Shown here piece after piece: positions 9,996 through 22,297 of a DNA stretch of 64,000 nt; the first letter of the stretch is position 1, and each line of letters begins with the position of its first letter. A program made the position numbers and the translations under genes. The DNA is from Myxococcota bacterium (GTDB lineage: Bacteria; Myxococcota_A; SURF-8), in NCBI GenBank assembly GCA_963674735.2, contig CAXXQS010000001.1:480001-544000 (forward strand). Direction: 5' to 3'. Below the pieces are notes generated by a model that did not search any database, was not told the origin of the DNA, and saw only the letters and a program-made list of their open reading frames with translations.

Positions 9996-10730
9996 ATGAA
10001 ACGACAGACGTCTTCTCTCGGACTGGCGACACGGGTTATCGCCTCCAATATCTGGCTGCTCAACGACGCACAAGGCCGCCGTTTTCTGATCGACAGTGGA
10101 CATGCCGCCGAACGGGGAAGCCTGAAGCGATCCTTGCGCAAAGCCGGAGTACGAACGCACGGTGATTTGCAGGCGGTGCTGCTCACCCATCGCCACAGCG
10201 ACCATGCCGGAAACGCCGCCTGGCTGCGAGACTACTTCGATTGCCCGGTTTTTTGTCATCCCAACGACGCCCCGGTTTTGTCGGGCTATGCCCCTGCGCC
10301 TCGGGTTTGGCGCGGCATCGGCAATCCCATCGATCATCTTTTCTGTTACATGGAGGATCACCACCCGGCGCGCTTGTGGGTGGACGATGTTTACGACGAA
10401 GGCCATTGGCGCTGGGGTTTCCACGTTTTCCCGGCCTTCGGCCATACGGAGGGATCGGTGCTGCTGTATCATGAACCCACGCAGGTTCTATTCACCGGGG
10501 ATGCGCTCCTGACCGGGATTCCGCCCATGCGGCGCTCGGAAGTCTTTCAACTCGCCTTCGCGCCCTACAGCATCGATCGTCCGCTCTGCCATCGTCTGAC
10601 CTTGGATCTGCTGGCCGATCCGCCGCCCCTGAATGGAATCGCGTCGGGGCACGGACCTTACGTGTTTGAGCGGATCGGTGAGAAACTGGCAGGTTTCGTT
10701 CAGGAACAACGTCAGGGCGTGCCTGCCTAG
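9996..10730 (+). CDS. MBL-fold metallo-hydrolase
   Basis: LIDSG, THRHSDHAG, GHTEGS, FTGD and SGHG motifs. Confidence 0.9.
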   Translation: MKRQTSSLGLATRVIASNIWLLNDAQGRRFLIDSGHAAERGSLKRSLRKAGVRTHGDLQAVLLTHRHSDHAGNAAWLRDYFDCPVFCHPNDAPVLSGYAPAPRVWRGIGNPIDHLFCYMEDHHPARLWVDDVYDEGHWRWGFHVFPAFGHTEGSVLLYHEPTQVLFTGDALLTGIPPMRRSEVFQLAFAPYSIDRPLCHRLTLDLLADPPPLNGIASGHGPYVFERIGEKLAGFVQEQRQGVPA

Positions 10731-12745
10731 TCGGCCAATACGGCGCGGTCGCGGCCGTCGGCTTTGGCACGGTACAAGGCCCGGTCTGCGGCTCCGATCA
10801 ACGCCTCGTTTTCTTCGCCGTGGGTGGGATACACCGCGACACCGACGGAAATCGTCACAGTGCCAAGCGGGTCGCCGCTGAAACGCAGGTCGAGCTTGCG
10901 CATGCGTTCGCACAATTCGTTGGCGCGTTGAAGCGCCACCTCTTCAGGCGCCCCCGGCAAAATCAAGGTGAATTCCTCGCCGCCATAGCGGCAGGCGACG
11001 TCCTCGCGACGGATGAAGCTGTTGAGTACCAAGCCGAGTTGCTTGAGCACGTAGTCGCCTGCTTCGTGGCCATGGTTGTCGTTGAACAGCTTGAAGTGGT
11101 CGATATCGATCATGAACACGGCCATCGGTTTTTCTTTCCGGCGAGCGCGGCTGAGTTCGCGCTCCAGCGACTCTTCCAGGAAGCGTCGGTTGTAGAGGCC
11201 GGTCAAGGGATCGCGAATGGCCTGGATACGCAGGGCTTCACGTAAACGCAGGTTGGAAAGCGCTAGGCTGGTATGTTCGGCCATCAACGCCACCAGGCGC
11301 ACTTTCGATGGATCGAGGGGCATGCCCGCGTGAGATTTGAGGTGCAAAACGCCGAGCGTGCTGCCGTGGGCCATCATCGGCAGGCAGATGGTCGGCGCGT
11401 CCAGATTGTCGGGTAGGTGGCGACAAATGGCGTTCGATTTATCGGGGCCCATGCGATGGGGTTGGCCGCGGCGAATGGCCCAGCAATCGTTGGGAGCGAA
11501 CACGCGTTCCCCCGGCCAGTCGTCGCCCCAGGTGGCGATGTGCTCGAACAGGTTTTGACTGTTGTTGATGATCGACACGGCTCCCGTCTCCGACTTGAAC
11601 AGGAAAGTGGCGATGCGAGTGATGACCTCGCCCGCCTCTTTCATGCTGTCGCAGGCACCCAGTAGATTGTCGAGATCGTCGAGCAGGGTGATTTCCCGGT
11701 TGCGATCTTCGTAATTTTGCAGAAGTTTCTCGAATTCCTTTGAGAGCAAGCCGATTTCGTCTTTTCGTTTGAGAGCGAAGAATTCGCTTCCCGTTTCGCC
11801 TGCCTGGCGCGCCGTGATATAGCGCGTCAGCTGCGCCATGGGACGAATCAGGATGGATTGCAGAATCAAGACCAGGAGTCCGAACAGTCCGAGTATGACG
11901 CCAATCAAGAATAACAGTTGAATCGTGATATCGTTGTAAACAAGCTTGTGAATCACCCGTGGGATCGGCGCCCGAATGCTTAACCGGTTGCTGTTGATCG
12001 ACTTGATTGGCAGGTAAGCGGTCATGGTTTCCGCGTTGTCGAAGTCGGCCAGAATGCGCGGGTTTCCGGGCTCCCCGGGAGAAATTAGAGGTTTGGCCGT
12101 ATGGGGGATCGGTTGGAGCGTCAGTTCGAATGGCAAGGTGATGAAGCGGCTGATCAGTCCAAGAGCTTCGGTCGTCAGGACGCGGCCACCGATAATGGTG
12201 CCTTGGATGACGGGCTGAGGTCCGGTATTTTCCTCGAAGATAACATGGGCCGAGATCATCCAAACGGATTTACCGCTGATGTAGAATCCCGCTTTATTGA
12301 ATTGAGCCATATCGGAAAGCAGTAAAGGATGATCGGCGGGGATCTGATCTTGATTGAACTCGGTTTGGTTTTGTATTTCATCCCGCTTGAGATTCATCAG
12401 CCCGCCATGCAGGCGGCGGCCTTGCTTGTCGTAAATGGCCAGCAAATTCAAACCGGTATGGCTGAATTCATTCTGGAGAAGATTGGGGAGGTTGGAGGAC
12501 ACTGGTGACGTGTCATTGCGGTTCAGCAGTTGGTTTAAATGTAGAGCTGAAAACACCAGAGTGTTCAAGTGCTGCTGCTCATTGTCCAGTAGACTGTGGC
12601 AGCGTTCGATTTCAAGCTCCAACTCCCGTTTCTCGACGGCTTCAGTAAACTCATCCAGCATGTAAAAGCTGTAAAGCAACTCGACTGCAAAATAAGCGCT
12701 CCAGACAAAGGCGAGGGCTAAAAGAATTTTAGTGCGGATCATCAT
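10727..12745 (-). CDS. membrane diguanylate cyclase (periplasmic CHASE4-like, HAMP, GAF, GGDEF)
   Basis: 2 TM; DEIGLL HAMP; DPLTGLYNRR; RRED I-site; RYGGEEF. Confidence 0.92.
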   Translation of the reverse strand: MMIRTKILLALAFVWSAYFAVELLYSFYMLDEFTEAVEKRELELEIERCHSLLDNEQQHLNTLVFSALHLNQLLNRNDTSPVSSNLPNLLQNEFSHTGLNLLAIYDKQGRRLHGGLMNLKRDEIQNQTEFNQDQIPADHPLLLSDMAQFNKAGFYISGKSVWMISAHVIFEENTGPQPVIQGTIIGGRVLTTEALGLISRFITLPFELTLQPIPHTAKPLISPGEPGNPRILADFDNAETMTAYLPIKSINSNRLSIRAPIPRVIHKLVYNDITIQLLFLIGVILGLFGLLVLILQSILIRPMAQLTRYITARQAGETGSEFFALKRKDEIGLLSKEFEKLLQNYEDRNREITLLDDLDNLLGACDSMKEAGEVITRIATFLFKSETGAVSIINNSQNLFEHIATWGDDWPGERVFAPNDCWAIRRGQPHRMGPDKSNAICRHLPDNLDAPTICLPMMAHGSTLGVLHLKSHAGMPLDPSKVRLVALMAEHTSLALSNLRLREALRIQAIRDPLTGLYNRRFLEESLERELSRARRKEKPMAVFMIDIDHFKLFNDNHGHEAGDYVLKQLGLVLNSFIRREDVACRYGGEEFTLILPGAPEEVALQRANELCERMRKLDLRFSGDPLGTVTISVGVAVYPTHGEENEALIGAADRALYRAKADGRDRAVLAD

Positions 12746-12977
12746 GATTGAGTCATTTCCCAATGCTGAGTGACAAAAACGTTGAAGCCGCTTGAATATA
12801 GGTGTAAATCTCACGGGTATCAAGCTTGAACCGAGAATCAAGCTCTGTTAGTATATTCGACAAGTTTTTTCGTAAGTTTACAAGCAATTGATAAATAGGA
12901 AATGCAACGTGTCCATTAATCGCGTGGCAGTGGGAGAGGCCGGGTCGCATCTGTTGATCGTGCGCAAGCGTCCGCTT

Positions 12978-15119
12978 ATGCCGGAAGCGCTAGATACTGC
13001 AGTGAAAACAATTACATATGATTCAGATCTCGACGCGTATCGCGTGCGACTCGCGCTGTTGGGGCAGGGTCTGGGTCTGGTGGCCGGTGGGGATGTGGCG
13101 ACGCTCTCCGAAAGCGGGGCGCGCTTGTCCGCCCTTGGTTTTCGCTGGGCCATTTCACCGCGTTCCGTGCCGCGTGCGCCTGTTATGGGGGTGCGCGGGT
13201 TCACGCTTGAGAAAGACCGCCTGTGCTTCGAAACCGCGACGGGTCCGATCGTGATGCCGAAGGGAGCGCGCGTTTTGGCCGTTTTAGGCGATCTCGGGGG
13301 GCGTCTGGTGGGGAAAGTTGCTCGCCAGGCGTCCATGCAATCGGCGCGGTCCGTTGCGGAGCAGGCCGGGCTGTCGGCGGCCGAAAAATACAAAACGATT
13401 TTCCAGGGCTTGCCGGTTGTGGATCTTTACATCCTGCCGAAGGGCTTTGCGGCACAACAGGCGGAAGCGGTGGGGCCGTTGCGTCTGCTGCCTGGAAAGT
13501 TTTCGCCTGATGGTCTGGGAGAAGCGAAAACGCCCAGCACCGTTCAGAATCTCGACCGCACCCTGCGCGCCGTGAAAGGTCTGGCCGGTTGGTTTCGCTT
13601 AGAGACGGATTTCGGCTTGTTCAGTCTTCCGGGTTGTGCGCTGGAGTCGGGGCGTGAACCGGCCGTGGTGCAGCGCAATCTGCGCGCTCTTCGCGAGTAT
13701 GGGCGTCACCTGCTGGCGATTTTGCAGCAGGGGTCGCAAAACGCCTCGGCCAAGACGCATACCGCAACTCAAACGGACGGCGCGAATCGAGCATCATCGC
13801 AAGCCCACTCACCCGGCGGATCTGAAGTGCAACCGGCAGCGGCGACGATTGCTACGGCGGCCGCGACTGCTACGGCTGGTATTGCGGCGCTGTCCGGGGC
13901 GGCGGTCGGAGTGGTTGCCGCTCCGCTTTCGGCTGGAAACGTTCCGCAAGCGTCGCCCGATAAGGCCGACGACTTGGGGCCGATGGAAACGGTCGAGCCC
14001 GAACGGGACGAAGCGGCGCTGCGCGAGGTGGGCGTCTTGCCGCCGCCTCCGGCTTTCGATGTCCAGGGTCATATCGTGCGCATCGGGGCCAAAACCATGC
14101 GGCTGACCGTTGGGTCGGCTTTCTTGGCGATTCTGATCGTCGGCGGGATTGTGGCGTTTGCGATCAGCGAACAGGTGCAGGCGTGGTTCTGGCTCTATGG
14201 CGTACAAAAGGGGATCGCCTTTTTCCTGGCGTCGGCGGGATGCTTTTATACGGCGTTTCGCTTCTTGTGGCTGAAGCGTTGGATGGATAACACCCCCACG
14301 TCGAAGATCCGGTCGCTGGCGATGGGGATGGTCGAGATCAAGGGCATGACCGAACGGGCGTACAACCTGATTTCGCCCATAACCATGGTCCCTTGCGTCT
14401 ATTACCGGCTGCGCAAGTATCGCCGTTCACGCAAGCACGGCCAGCAAACGATCGGCGGTTGGGATTTGATCGACGAGTACGATTGCGGACCGGTTCCCTT
14501 TTATCTGCGCGACGAAACGGGCAAGGTGACGGTGAACCCGGAGGGGGCGCGCGTGTCGCCGGCTCATACGGAAACGCGGGTTTACGGCGCCGATATGGGG
14601 CTTCCCTTCGGTTTGACGATCGGACGTGACGAAAAGGTGGTGGAGGAAATGATTCCCGAGGGCACGACCGCCTATGTTCTGGGTTCGGCTGCGCCCCGGA
14701 AATCGGAAGCGACCCCGTTGGCGCGGCGGGTGGCCGAGAAACTGCGCCTGTTGAAAAAGGACGAGGCCCGGCTGAAGCAGTATGACGTGAACGGTGATGG
14801 CCGCATCGATGAACACGAGTGGGATGCCGCTCGGCGGGGTATGGAAAAAGAGGCGCTGGAAGAGGCGTTGGCCGACGGAAAGGCCGCCACGAAACAGGAG
14901 GCGCAAGCCGTAATTCAACGCCCGGAACACACGCGCCTGCCTTTCGTCATTGCCGAATCGTCGGAGAAAAAGCTGACGACTCTTTACGGCATTTATAGCG
15001 GGTTGTTGTTTGTCGGCGCTCTGGTGACGGTGGCGGTGGGCGTTTTGCTTCTGACCGGGACGATCGGGGCCGAGTGGATCCCGGTGGAGTTGCGGGACAC
15101 GGCGGGAACGCGTTTGTGA
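12978..15119 (+). CDS. GIDE-domain membrane protein with EF-hand-like motif (start uncertain)
   Basis: NTPTSKIRSLAMGMVEIKG, PCVYY and PFYLRDETG GIDE-type motifs; DVNGDGRIDEHEW EF-hand; upstream of lemA. Confidence 0.75.
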   Translation: MPEALDTAVKTITYDSDLDAYRVRLALLGQGLGLVAGGDVATLSESGARLSALGFRWAISPRSVPRAPVMGVRGFTLEKDRLCFETATGPIVMPKGARVLAVLGDLGGRLVGKVARQASMQSARSVAEQAGLSAAEKYKTIFQGLPVVDLYILPKGFAAQQAEAVGPLRLLPGKFSPDGLGEAKTPSTVQNLDRTLRAVKGLAGWFRLETDFGLFSLPGCALESGREPAVVQRNLRALREYGRHLLAILQQGSQNASAKTHTATQTDGANRASSQAHSPGGSEVQPAAATIATAAATATAGIAALSGAAVGVVAAPLSAGNVPQASPDKADDLGPMETVEPERDEAALREVGVLPPPPAFDVQGHIVRIGAKTMRLTVGSAFLAILIVGGIVAFAISEQVQAWFWLYGVQKGIAFFLASAGCFYTAFRFLWLKRWMDNTPTSKIRSLAMGMVEIKGMTERAYNLISPITMVPCVYYRLRKYRRSRKHGQQTIGGWDLIDEYDCGPVPFYLRDETGKVTVNPEGARVSPAHTETRVYGADMGLPFGLTIGRDEKVVEEMIPEGTTAYVLGSAAPRKSEATPLARRVAEKLRLLKKDEARLKQYDVNGDGRIDEHEWDAARRGMEKEALEEALADGKAATKQEAQAVIQRPEHTRLPFVIAESSEKKLTTLYGIYSGLLFVGALVTVAVGVLLLTGTIGAEWIPVELRDTAGTRL

Positions 15120-15144
15120 GTGGCGAAATGAAAGGATACCCGCG

Positions 15145-15714
15145 ATGATGGGTTTATGGATTGTGCTGGCGGTGTTGGGGCTTCTGTTTGTGGGCGTACT
15201 GGTTTACGCCGTCTTGATTTACAACGGTCTGGTGAGTTTGAAAAACAACATCGACAAAGCCTGGAGCAACATCGACGTCGTGCTGAAACAGCGTTTCGAT
15301 GAATTGCCCAAGCTGGTGAATGTGTGCAAGGGCTACATGCAGCACGAGCGGGCGACGCTCGAAGCGGTGGTCAAGGCGCGCAATCTTTCGATGCAGGTTT
15401 CGTCCGAAGGCGATGTCATGCGTTCGCAAAATGCGATCAGCCAGGCCTTGAAGTCGCTGTTCGCCGTTTCCGAAAACTATCCGAACCTCAAGGCCGATCA
15501 GTCCTTTCGGCAGCTTCAATCACGCATCAGCGAACTGGAGAACATCATCGCCGACCGGCGCGAGTTGTTCAACGAATCGGTTAACCTGTTCAACATTCGC
15601 ATCGAGCAGATTCCGGATGTGCTGATTGCGCGCCCGCTCAATTTCAATCGGCGGCAGCTCTGGCAGATCGATCCGGCGCAGCGAGCCGATCCCGGGATCG
15701 ATCTCGATCTGTAA
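15145..15714 (+). CDS. lemA: LemA family protein
   Basis: N-terminal TM; YNGLV..AWSNIDVVLKQR, ENYPNLKA and IADRRELFN motifs. Confidence 0.93.
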   Translation: MMGLWIVLAVLGLLFVGVLVYAVLIYNGLVSLKNNIDKAWSNIDVVLKQRFDELPKLVNVCKGYMQHERATLEAVVKARNLSMQVSSEGDVMRSQNAISQALKSLFAVSENYPNLKADQSFRQLQSRISELENIIADRRELFNESVNLFNIRIEQIPDVLIARPLNFNRRQLWQIDPAQRADPGIDLDL

Positions 15715-15771
15715 GCGCGGGGTGTGTCGTTTTTCGGTTGCGGTCGCCGGTTCGATCGATACCTAAAAAGA

Positions 15772-15800
15772 AAAAGGACGGGTTCGACGCCCGTCCTTTT
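15772..15800. terminator. bidirectional intrinsic terminator between lemA and thrS
   Basis: AAAAGGACGGG-TTCGACG-CCCGTCCTTTT between convergent genes. Confidence 0.8.
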
Positions 15801-15819
15801 GCGTTTGTGAGAGAATCAC

Positions 15820-17775
<1,956 letters not shown>

Positions 17776-17897
17776 GAAATCACTCCGTTATACAAGGTCC
17801 GCAGCGGACCGGTGTGCTTAAAACGAACCCTATCATTATCATGAGGGCGGGGTGTGGACAAGGGAAAAAGAAGGTTCTTGCACTCACGTCGCAGCGC

Positions 17898-19937
17898 TTA
17901 CGGCAGTTTCAGTTCGCCGAGATCGAGGGGCGTGTCGGTTTGCACGCGCAGACCTTTCATCTCCAGGCGGCGGCCGTCCGACGCGGTGAGGATGAGGGTG
18001 TAGATGCCGGGCGGAACCAGGGGGAAATGGAAGCCGTCCTCCACCAGTTCGGACGAAATGACGCCGATATAGGATAGTTCCACCTTGGTCAGACCGCCGG
18101 GGAAATCGGCACTCAGCCGACCCGAGACGGCGCTGCCGTCCCCGATAATCACGACCGGCGCGTCGGTTCCGCTGCTGCGGCCGTTCCAGCGGCCCATGCG
18201 ACCATCCTCCAGGGTGATCCACAGGGGGGGGAAATCCATCGTCATTTCACCGAAACGGTTTTCCCAGTGGCCGTCGCTATCGGGGCTGCGCCAGGACTGG
18301 CAGACGCCCCAGCAGTAGCGAAAATCGGTGATCAGGGTGCCGTCTTGTTCCGCAACCGTCCCCTGTGCGGGGAATTTGGAGGTGCGTGCAAAATCGGTTA
18401 GGACCAGTTTCAGGTCGCGGGCGGGAGCCTCCAGCTTGTTCAATGAACCATGTCGCTGTGGCTGATGGGTGAACGCGATGATCGAGTAAGTCTGTCCGGT
18501 GTGGGCACCCAGGGAGAAATGGCCGTCGGTTTCGGAGCGAGTCTCCCGAAATCCGCCCATCCCTTCTTGGTTGCCGCCGAGCGGTCGTAAAATAAGAGTC
18601 GCGCCTTCCACCGGATGCTCCTCGCTGTCCAATACCACTCCTTCGATGCGGCTGTCGTCGGCCGATTCGACCTGCACGATCAACGGTTCGTCCAAAGGAC
18701 AACGCGTTTTGACCCGCTGAAAACGCCGGTTGCCGTTGTCGTGATGGGTGACCAGCAGGGAAAAGTCACCGGGGTTGCGGTCGGTGAGCGTGAATCGTCC
18801 GTCGGCATCGGAGATGGCTCCGGCGAGTTGACCGCCGCCGCCCATGTTTTGCAGGACGACATTGGCCACCGGGTTGTCCTGCTCGTCGAGCACCCGGCCT
18901 TCCAGGCGGCATTCGGGCTGCATGACCACGACGACATCCGGGGGCGTGGCGGCGTTGACCGACAAGCTGCGGGAGGCGTAGCCGTCCTTGTAAAAGAAGA
19001 TGAGTTCGTTGGTGGTGGGTAAGCCGCGCAGGGTGAAACGTCCTTCGCCGTCGGTGAGAACGCGCAGCAGGTTTTGCGGGGATGGATTGCTTTCGCCGCG
19101 CGGATAGTCCTCCACCGCCACTCCGCTCAGGGGTTCGCCCTGGGTATCTTCCACCCGGCCCGTGAGCGTCCAATCGGCGGTAAGGGCGATATCGCCCAAC
19201 TCGGCGCTGCCGCCGTTGCAGCCGAAGGGGATTTCCTGGGGGGCGTGTCCGGTGGCTTTGACGTACAGCGACCCGCCGTTCATCAACCCGGTGGGGACTT
19301 CGAAACGGCCTTCGGAGTCGGTGAGAGCTGGGGAGAAATCCTCATAGCGATGCGGATGGACGTGAACGCCAGCGAGCGGCTGTCCGTTTGCGGCATCGAG
19401 CACGCGCCCCCGCGCCAGACAGGCGGGACTCAGCTCGACCAGCAGTTCCTGGTGGTCGTCGGGACCGAGTTGGAGGCGGGTGAAGGACTGCTCGGGAGGT
19501 TGTGCGAAGCGGTCGTGGGTGATCTGGTAGTAATAGGTGCCCGGCGGCAGTTGCAGATAGCGCGCGTTGCCGTCGGCGTCGGTCCAGGCGGGGGGCAATT
19601 CGATGGGGCCGTTGACGGTGATCTTCGCGCCTGTGACTGGCCGCTGCAGAACGCGGTCGATGACCAGAAAAGCCAGGGAGGCGTTCCAGTCGGGGCGCGG
19701 GGCCAGGGGACGGCTCGACACCCAGTCGAGACCGGCGGGCGAGGGCATGCCGACGGATCCGCTCGGGTCTTGTAACGCGGGCATGGATGGACGCAGGTCG
19801 CCGAGTTCACGGGTGTCGATTAGGGATGGTTTCGTGGATTCCGATTCGAGGGGAGGCGGCCAGAGGAACCACAGGACCAGTCCGCCGATGACAAACACCA
19901 GCAGGAACAGACTCATAAACAGTCGGCGCTGTGACAT
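17898..19937 (-). CDS. membrane-anchored protein with repeated carboxypeptidase-regulatory-like (prealbumin-fold) domains
   Basis: repeated GRVLD..G.P.AGV...TD.EGRF units; N-terminal TM. Confidence 0.8.
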   Translation of the reverse strand: MSQRRLFMSLFLLVFVIGGLVLWFLWPPPLESESTKPSLIDTRELGDLRPSMPALQDPSGSVGMPSPAGLDWVSSRPLAPRPDWNASLAFLVIDRVLQRPVTGAKITVNGPIELPPAWTDADGNARYLQLPPGTYYYQITHDRFAQPPEQSFTRLQLGPDDHQELLVELSPACLARGRVLDAANGQPLAGVHVHPHRYEDFSPALTDSEGRFEVPTGLMNGGSLYVKATGHAPQEIPFGCNGGSAELGDIALTADWTLTGRVEDTQGEPLSGVAVEDYPRGESNPSPQNLLRVLTDGEGRFTLRGLPTTNELIFFYKDGYASRSLSVNAATPPDVVVVMQPECRLEGRVLDEQDNPVANVVLQNMGGGGQLAGAISDADGRFTLTDRNPGDFSLLVTHHDNGNRRFQRVKTRCPLDEPLIVQVESADDSRIEGVVLDSEEHPVEGATLILRPLGGNQEGMGGFRETRSETDGHFSLGAHTGQTYSIIAFTHQPQRHGSLNKLEAPARDLKLVLTDFARTSKFPAQGTVAEQDGTLITDFRYCWGVCQSWRSPDSDGHWENRFGEMTMDFPPLWITLEDGRMGRWNGRSSGTDAPVVIIGDGSAVSGRLSADFPGGLTKVELSYIGVISSELVEDGFHFPLVPPGIYTLILTASDGRRLEMKGLRVQTDTPLDLGELKLP

Positions 19938-20050
19938 GCGGCAACGTCCTCCTTCACTTCCATCGGTACCGATCGATACCTATAGATACCATAAATAACC
20001 GTTGGTATTCGGAAAATATTTCCGGAATGGGAAGCAGAAGGGGAGGGTGC

Positions 20051-20971
20051 TCACGCGAAGCGGAAATGGCCTTCCTGGGTGTAGCCGTTTTCCAGGCCGA
20101 ATCGCTCCAGGGCGTCGAGGGCGTCGCGATATTCGGCTTCGGTGATGGCGCGGTCCATGCCGGGCGTCTCGGCGGCGATATGGGCCGGGAAATACTGGGC
20201 CATAAGTGAAATGCTCACTTGCGGGGAGAGGTCTTCGGCGATGAAGCGCAAAACCGCCGGTGTTCCGGCGCGTCCCTCGGGTAATACCAGGTGGCGGATG
20301 AGCAGGCCGCGCGTGGCGATGCCGTCGGCGTCCAGTTCGAGCGTTCCCACCTGGCGGAACATCTCCCGGACGGCAGCGGTGGCGCGTTGCCAGTACTGCG
20401 GAGCCTGGCTCAACTCGCGGGCGGGCTGTTCATCGGCGTATTTGATGTCGGGCAGGTAGATGTCCACGACCCCTTCGAGCAGCGCCAAAGTGGTGACGCG
20501 CTCGTAGGCGTTGGAGTTCCACACCACCGGCAGGGTCAAGCCGCTTTCGGCGGCCAGACGCAGGGCGCGTAGAATGGCGGCGCTGTAATGGGTGGGCGAA
20601 ACGAAGTTGATGTTATGTGCGCCGCGCTTCTGTAGGTCGAGCATCGCCTGCGCCAGTTCGCTCTCACTGACATCGCGGCCGTTGCCCAAGTGGCTGATGG
20701 GGTAATTTTGGCAAAATATGCAGCGTAGATTGCAGTGGGTGAGAAACACGGTGCCCGACCCGCCCGAGCCTGAAATCGGCGGTTCTTCGCCGTAGTGCAG
20801 GTTCATCGAGGAAATGCGCGGATGGCGCGGGGCGCGGCAGATGCCGAGGTCCACGGCGCGGTCCACCTCGCAGAGACGCGGACACAGGCGGCAAGGCGTT
20901 TCGAGCGCATCGATCCGGCTGATTTTGTCGTCCCATTGGCTGGGGGAGAGGCTCAGATAGCTAGCCGGCAT
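20051..20971 (-). CDS. radical SAM protein (PflX-like)
   Basis: CRLCPRLC, GEEPPISG, CNLRCIFCQN (CxxxCxxC), YLPDIKY and RHLVLP motifs. Confidence 0.9.
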   Translation of the reverse strand: MPASYLSLSPSQWDDKISRIDALETPCRLCPRLCEVDRAVDLGICRAPRHPRISSMNLHYGEEPPISGSGGSGTVFLTHCNLRCIFCQNYPISHLGNGRDVSESELAQAMLDLQKRGAHNINFVSPTHYSAAILRALRLAAESGLTLPVVWNSNAYERVTTLALLEGVVDIYLPDIKYADEQPARELSQAPQYWQRATAAVREMFRQVGTLELDADGIATRGLLIRHLVLPEGRAGTPAVLRFIAEDLSPQVSISLMAQYFPAHIAAETPGMDRAITEAEYRDALDALERFGLENGYTQEGHFRFA

Positions 20972-21608
20972 GGAGGAATTCGACCTCGTCGTCGGTGTAG
21001 AATTTCATGGGATCGACGTGCGCGTAACGCTGGCACTTCATCCATACTTTCTGCAAGTCCATGAAATACGGGCGAAAATCTTCAATTCCGGCTTTGCGCA
21101 TGCGTTTCATCTGTTTTTTGAGAAATCCACGCGTTTCATCCGGGAACATCACGAAAGCCCGCATGAAATGCCATTGATCGTCGCGCATGACCAAACGCGC
21201 CTCGAACAGGCCGTTTTTGTTGAGTCCGGCCAGCGTGCGGCGTTCGGTGATTTCATACGTGGCATGATCGCGCAGATCGCGCAGGACCACCCGATGTTTT
21301 TTGGGTAGCAGGCGGCGGACTTCGAACAGGCCGTGGACCGGTTGGCACAGGGCATCGAGGGTTTCGAGATCTTCCGGCGATAATCCGTCGTTGAGCCGTC
21401 GATAATGATGGGCGGCCGAGGTGTCTTCGCCGAAGGGACGATCGAACACGAACCATTCCAGGAAGTTGGAAACCCGGTCCTCGTAGAAGGGGTCGTCGTC
21501 GTAGACTTCGCCGGTTTGCGAAAAGAAGTCCTGGCGCGCGCGGGTCAGCTCGTCGGGGTGGTGTTCATTGAAATAGCGGATGATGTCTTCGAAATGGCGT
21601 TGATACAC
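20961..21608 (-). CDS. conserved hypothetical protein
   Basis: 215-aa ORF (FLEWFVFDR, GLFEVR) overlapping the radical SAM start. Confidence 0.75.
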   Translation of the reverse strand: MYQRHFEDIIRYFNEHHPDELTRARQDFFSQTGEVYDDDPFYEDRVSNFLEWFVFDRPFGEDTSAAHHYRRLNDGLSPEDLETLDALCQPVHGLFEVRRLLPKKHRVVLRDLRDHATYEITERRTLAGLNKNGLFEARLVMRDDQWHFMRAFVMFPDETRGFLKKQMKRMRKAGIEDFRPYFMDLQKVWMKCQRYAHVDPMKFYTDDEVEFLHAG

Positions 21609-21676
21609 GATAGCCCTCGATGCTCGTTTTCGAGAGGGGATCTTATGTAAAGCCTACCCGAAATGCAAGCGAAAAG

Positions 21677-21713
21677 ACAACCCCGCGATATAGTGAGTAG
21701 CGCGGGGTTGTTT
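21677..21713 (-). terminator. intrinsic terminator after cheW
   Basis: ACAACCCCGCG...CGCGGGGTTGT stem, with a T-rich tail on the minus strand. Confidence 0.65.
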
Positions 21714-21733
21714 GATGCAGGACGAAGGGGTAT

Positions 21734-22282
21734 TTAACGCTTATCGGTTGTTTGCACCATCCGTGTGACTTCCGCCGCCGAAAGCACCTTGGCGATATTG
21801 AGCAAAAAGATCACTCGTTCGGCATGTTTACCGATGCCCAGGATAAATTCGGTGTCGATGGAAATGCCGCCGAAGGCGGGTGGCGGTTCGATGTTCTGAG
21901 GCTTGATGTCGAGCACTTCCAGCACTTCGTCGACCATGATCCCCATCGTGATGTCTTGTTCGCCTTGGGTGAATTGCACCACGATGATGACGGTCTGGTC
22001 GGTGGTTTCGGTGCGTTCGATTTCGAATTTCAACTTCAGGTCGATAACCGGAATCACTTTGCCGCGCAGGTTGATGACACCGCGGACAAAGGGCGCCACT
22101 CGCGGAACGCGCGTGACCTCCATCAACCCGATGATTTCGCGTACCGTTAGAATCTCGATGCCGTATTCTTCATCGGCGAGTTTGAAGGTCATGTATTTAC
22201 CCGCCAACTCCTTACCAAGCACTAGGCCGGACTCGTTTTCTTTTCCGCTCTCGTCGGGATTGATCTTCTGCTTTTCACTCAT
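21734..22282 (-). CDS. cheW: chemotaxis adaptor CheW
   Basis: EEYGIEI..VREII, GVINLRGKVIPVIDL and GIMVDEV motifs. Confidence 0.95.
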   Translation of the reverse strand: MSEKQKINPDESGKENESGLVLGKELAGKYMTFKLADEEYGIEILTVREIIGLMEVTRVPRVAPFVRGVINLRGKVIPVIDLKLKFEIERTETTDQTVIIVVQFTQGEQDITMGIMVDEVLEVLDIKPQNIEPPPAFGGISIDTEFILGIGKHAERVIFLLNIAKVLSAAEVTRMVQTTDKR

Positions 22283-22297
22283 GGAAACCTCCGGAAA

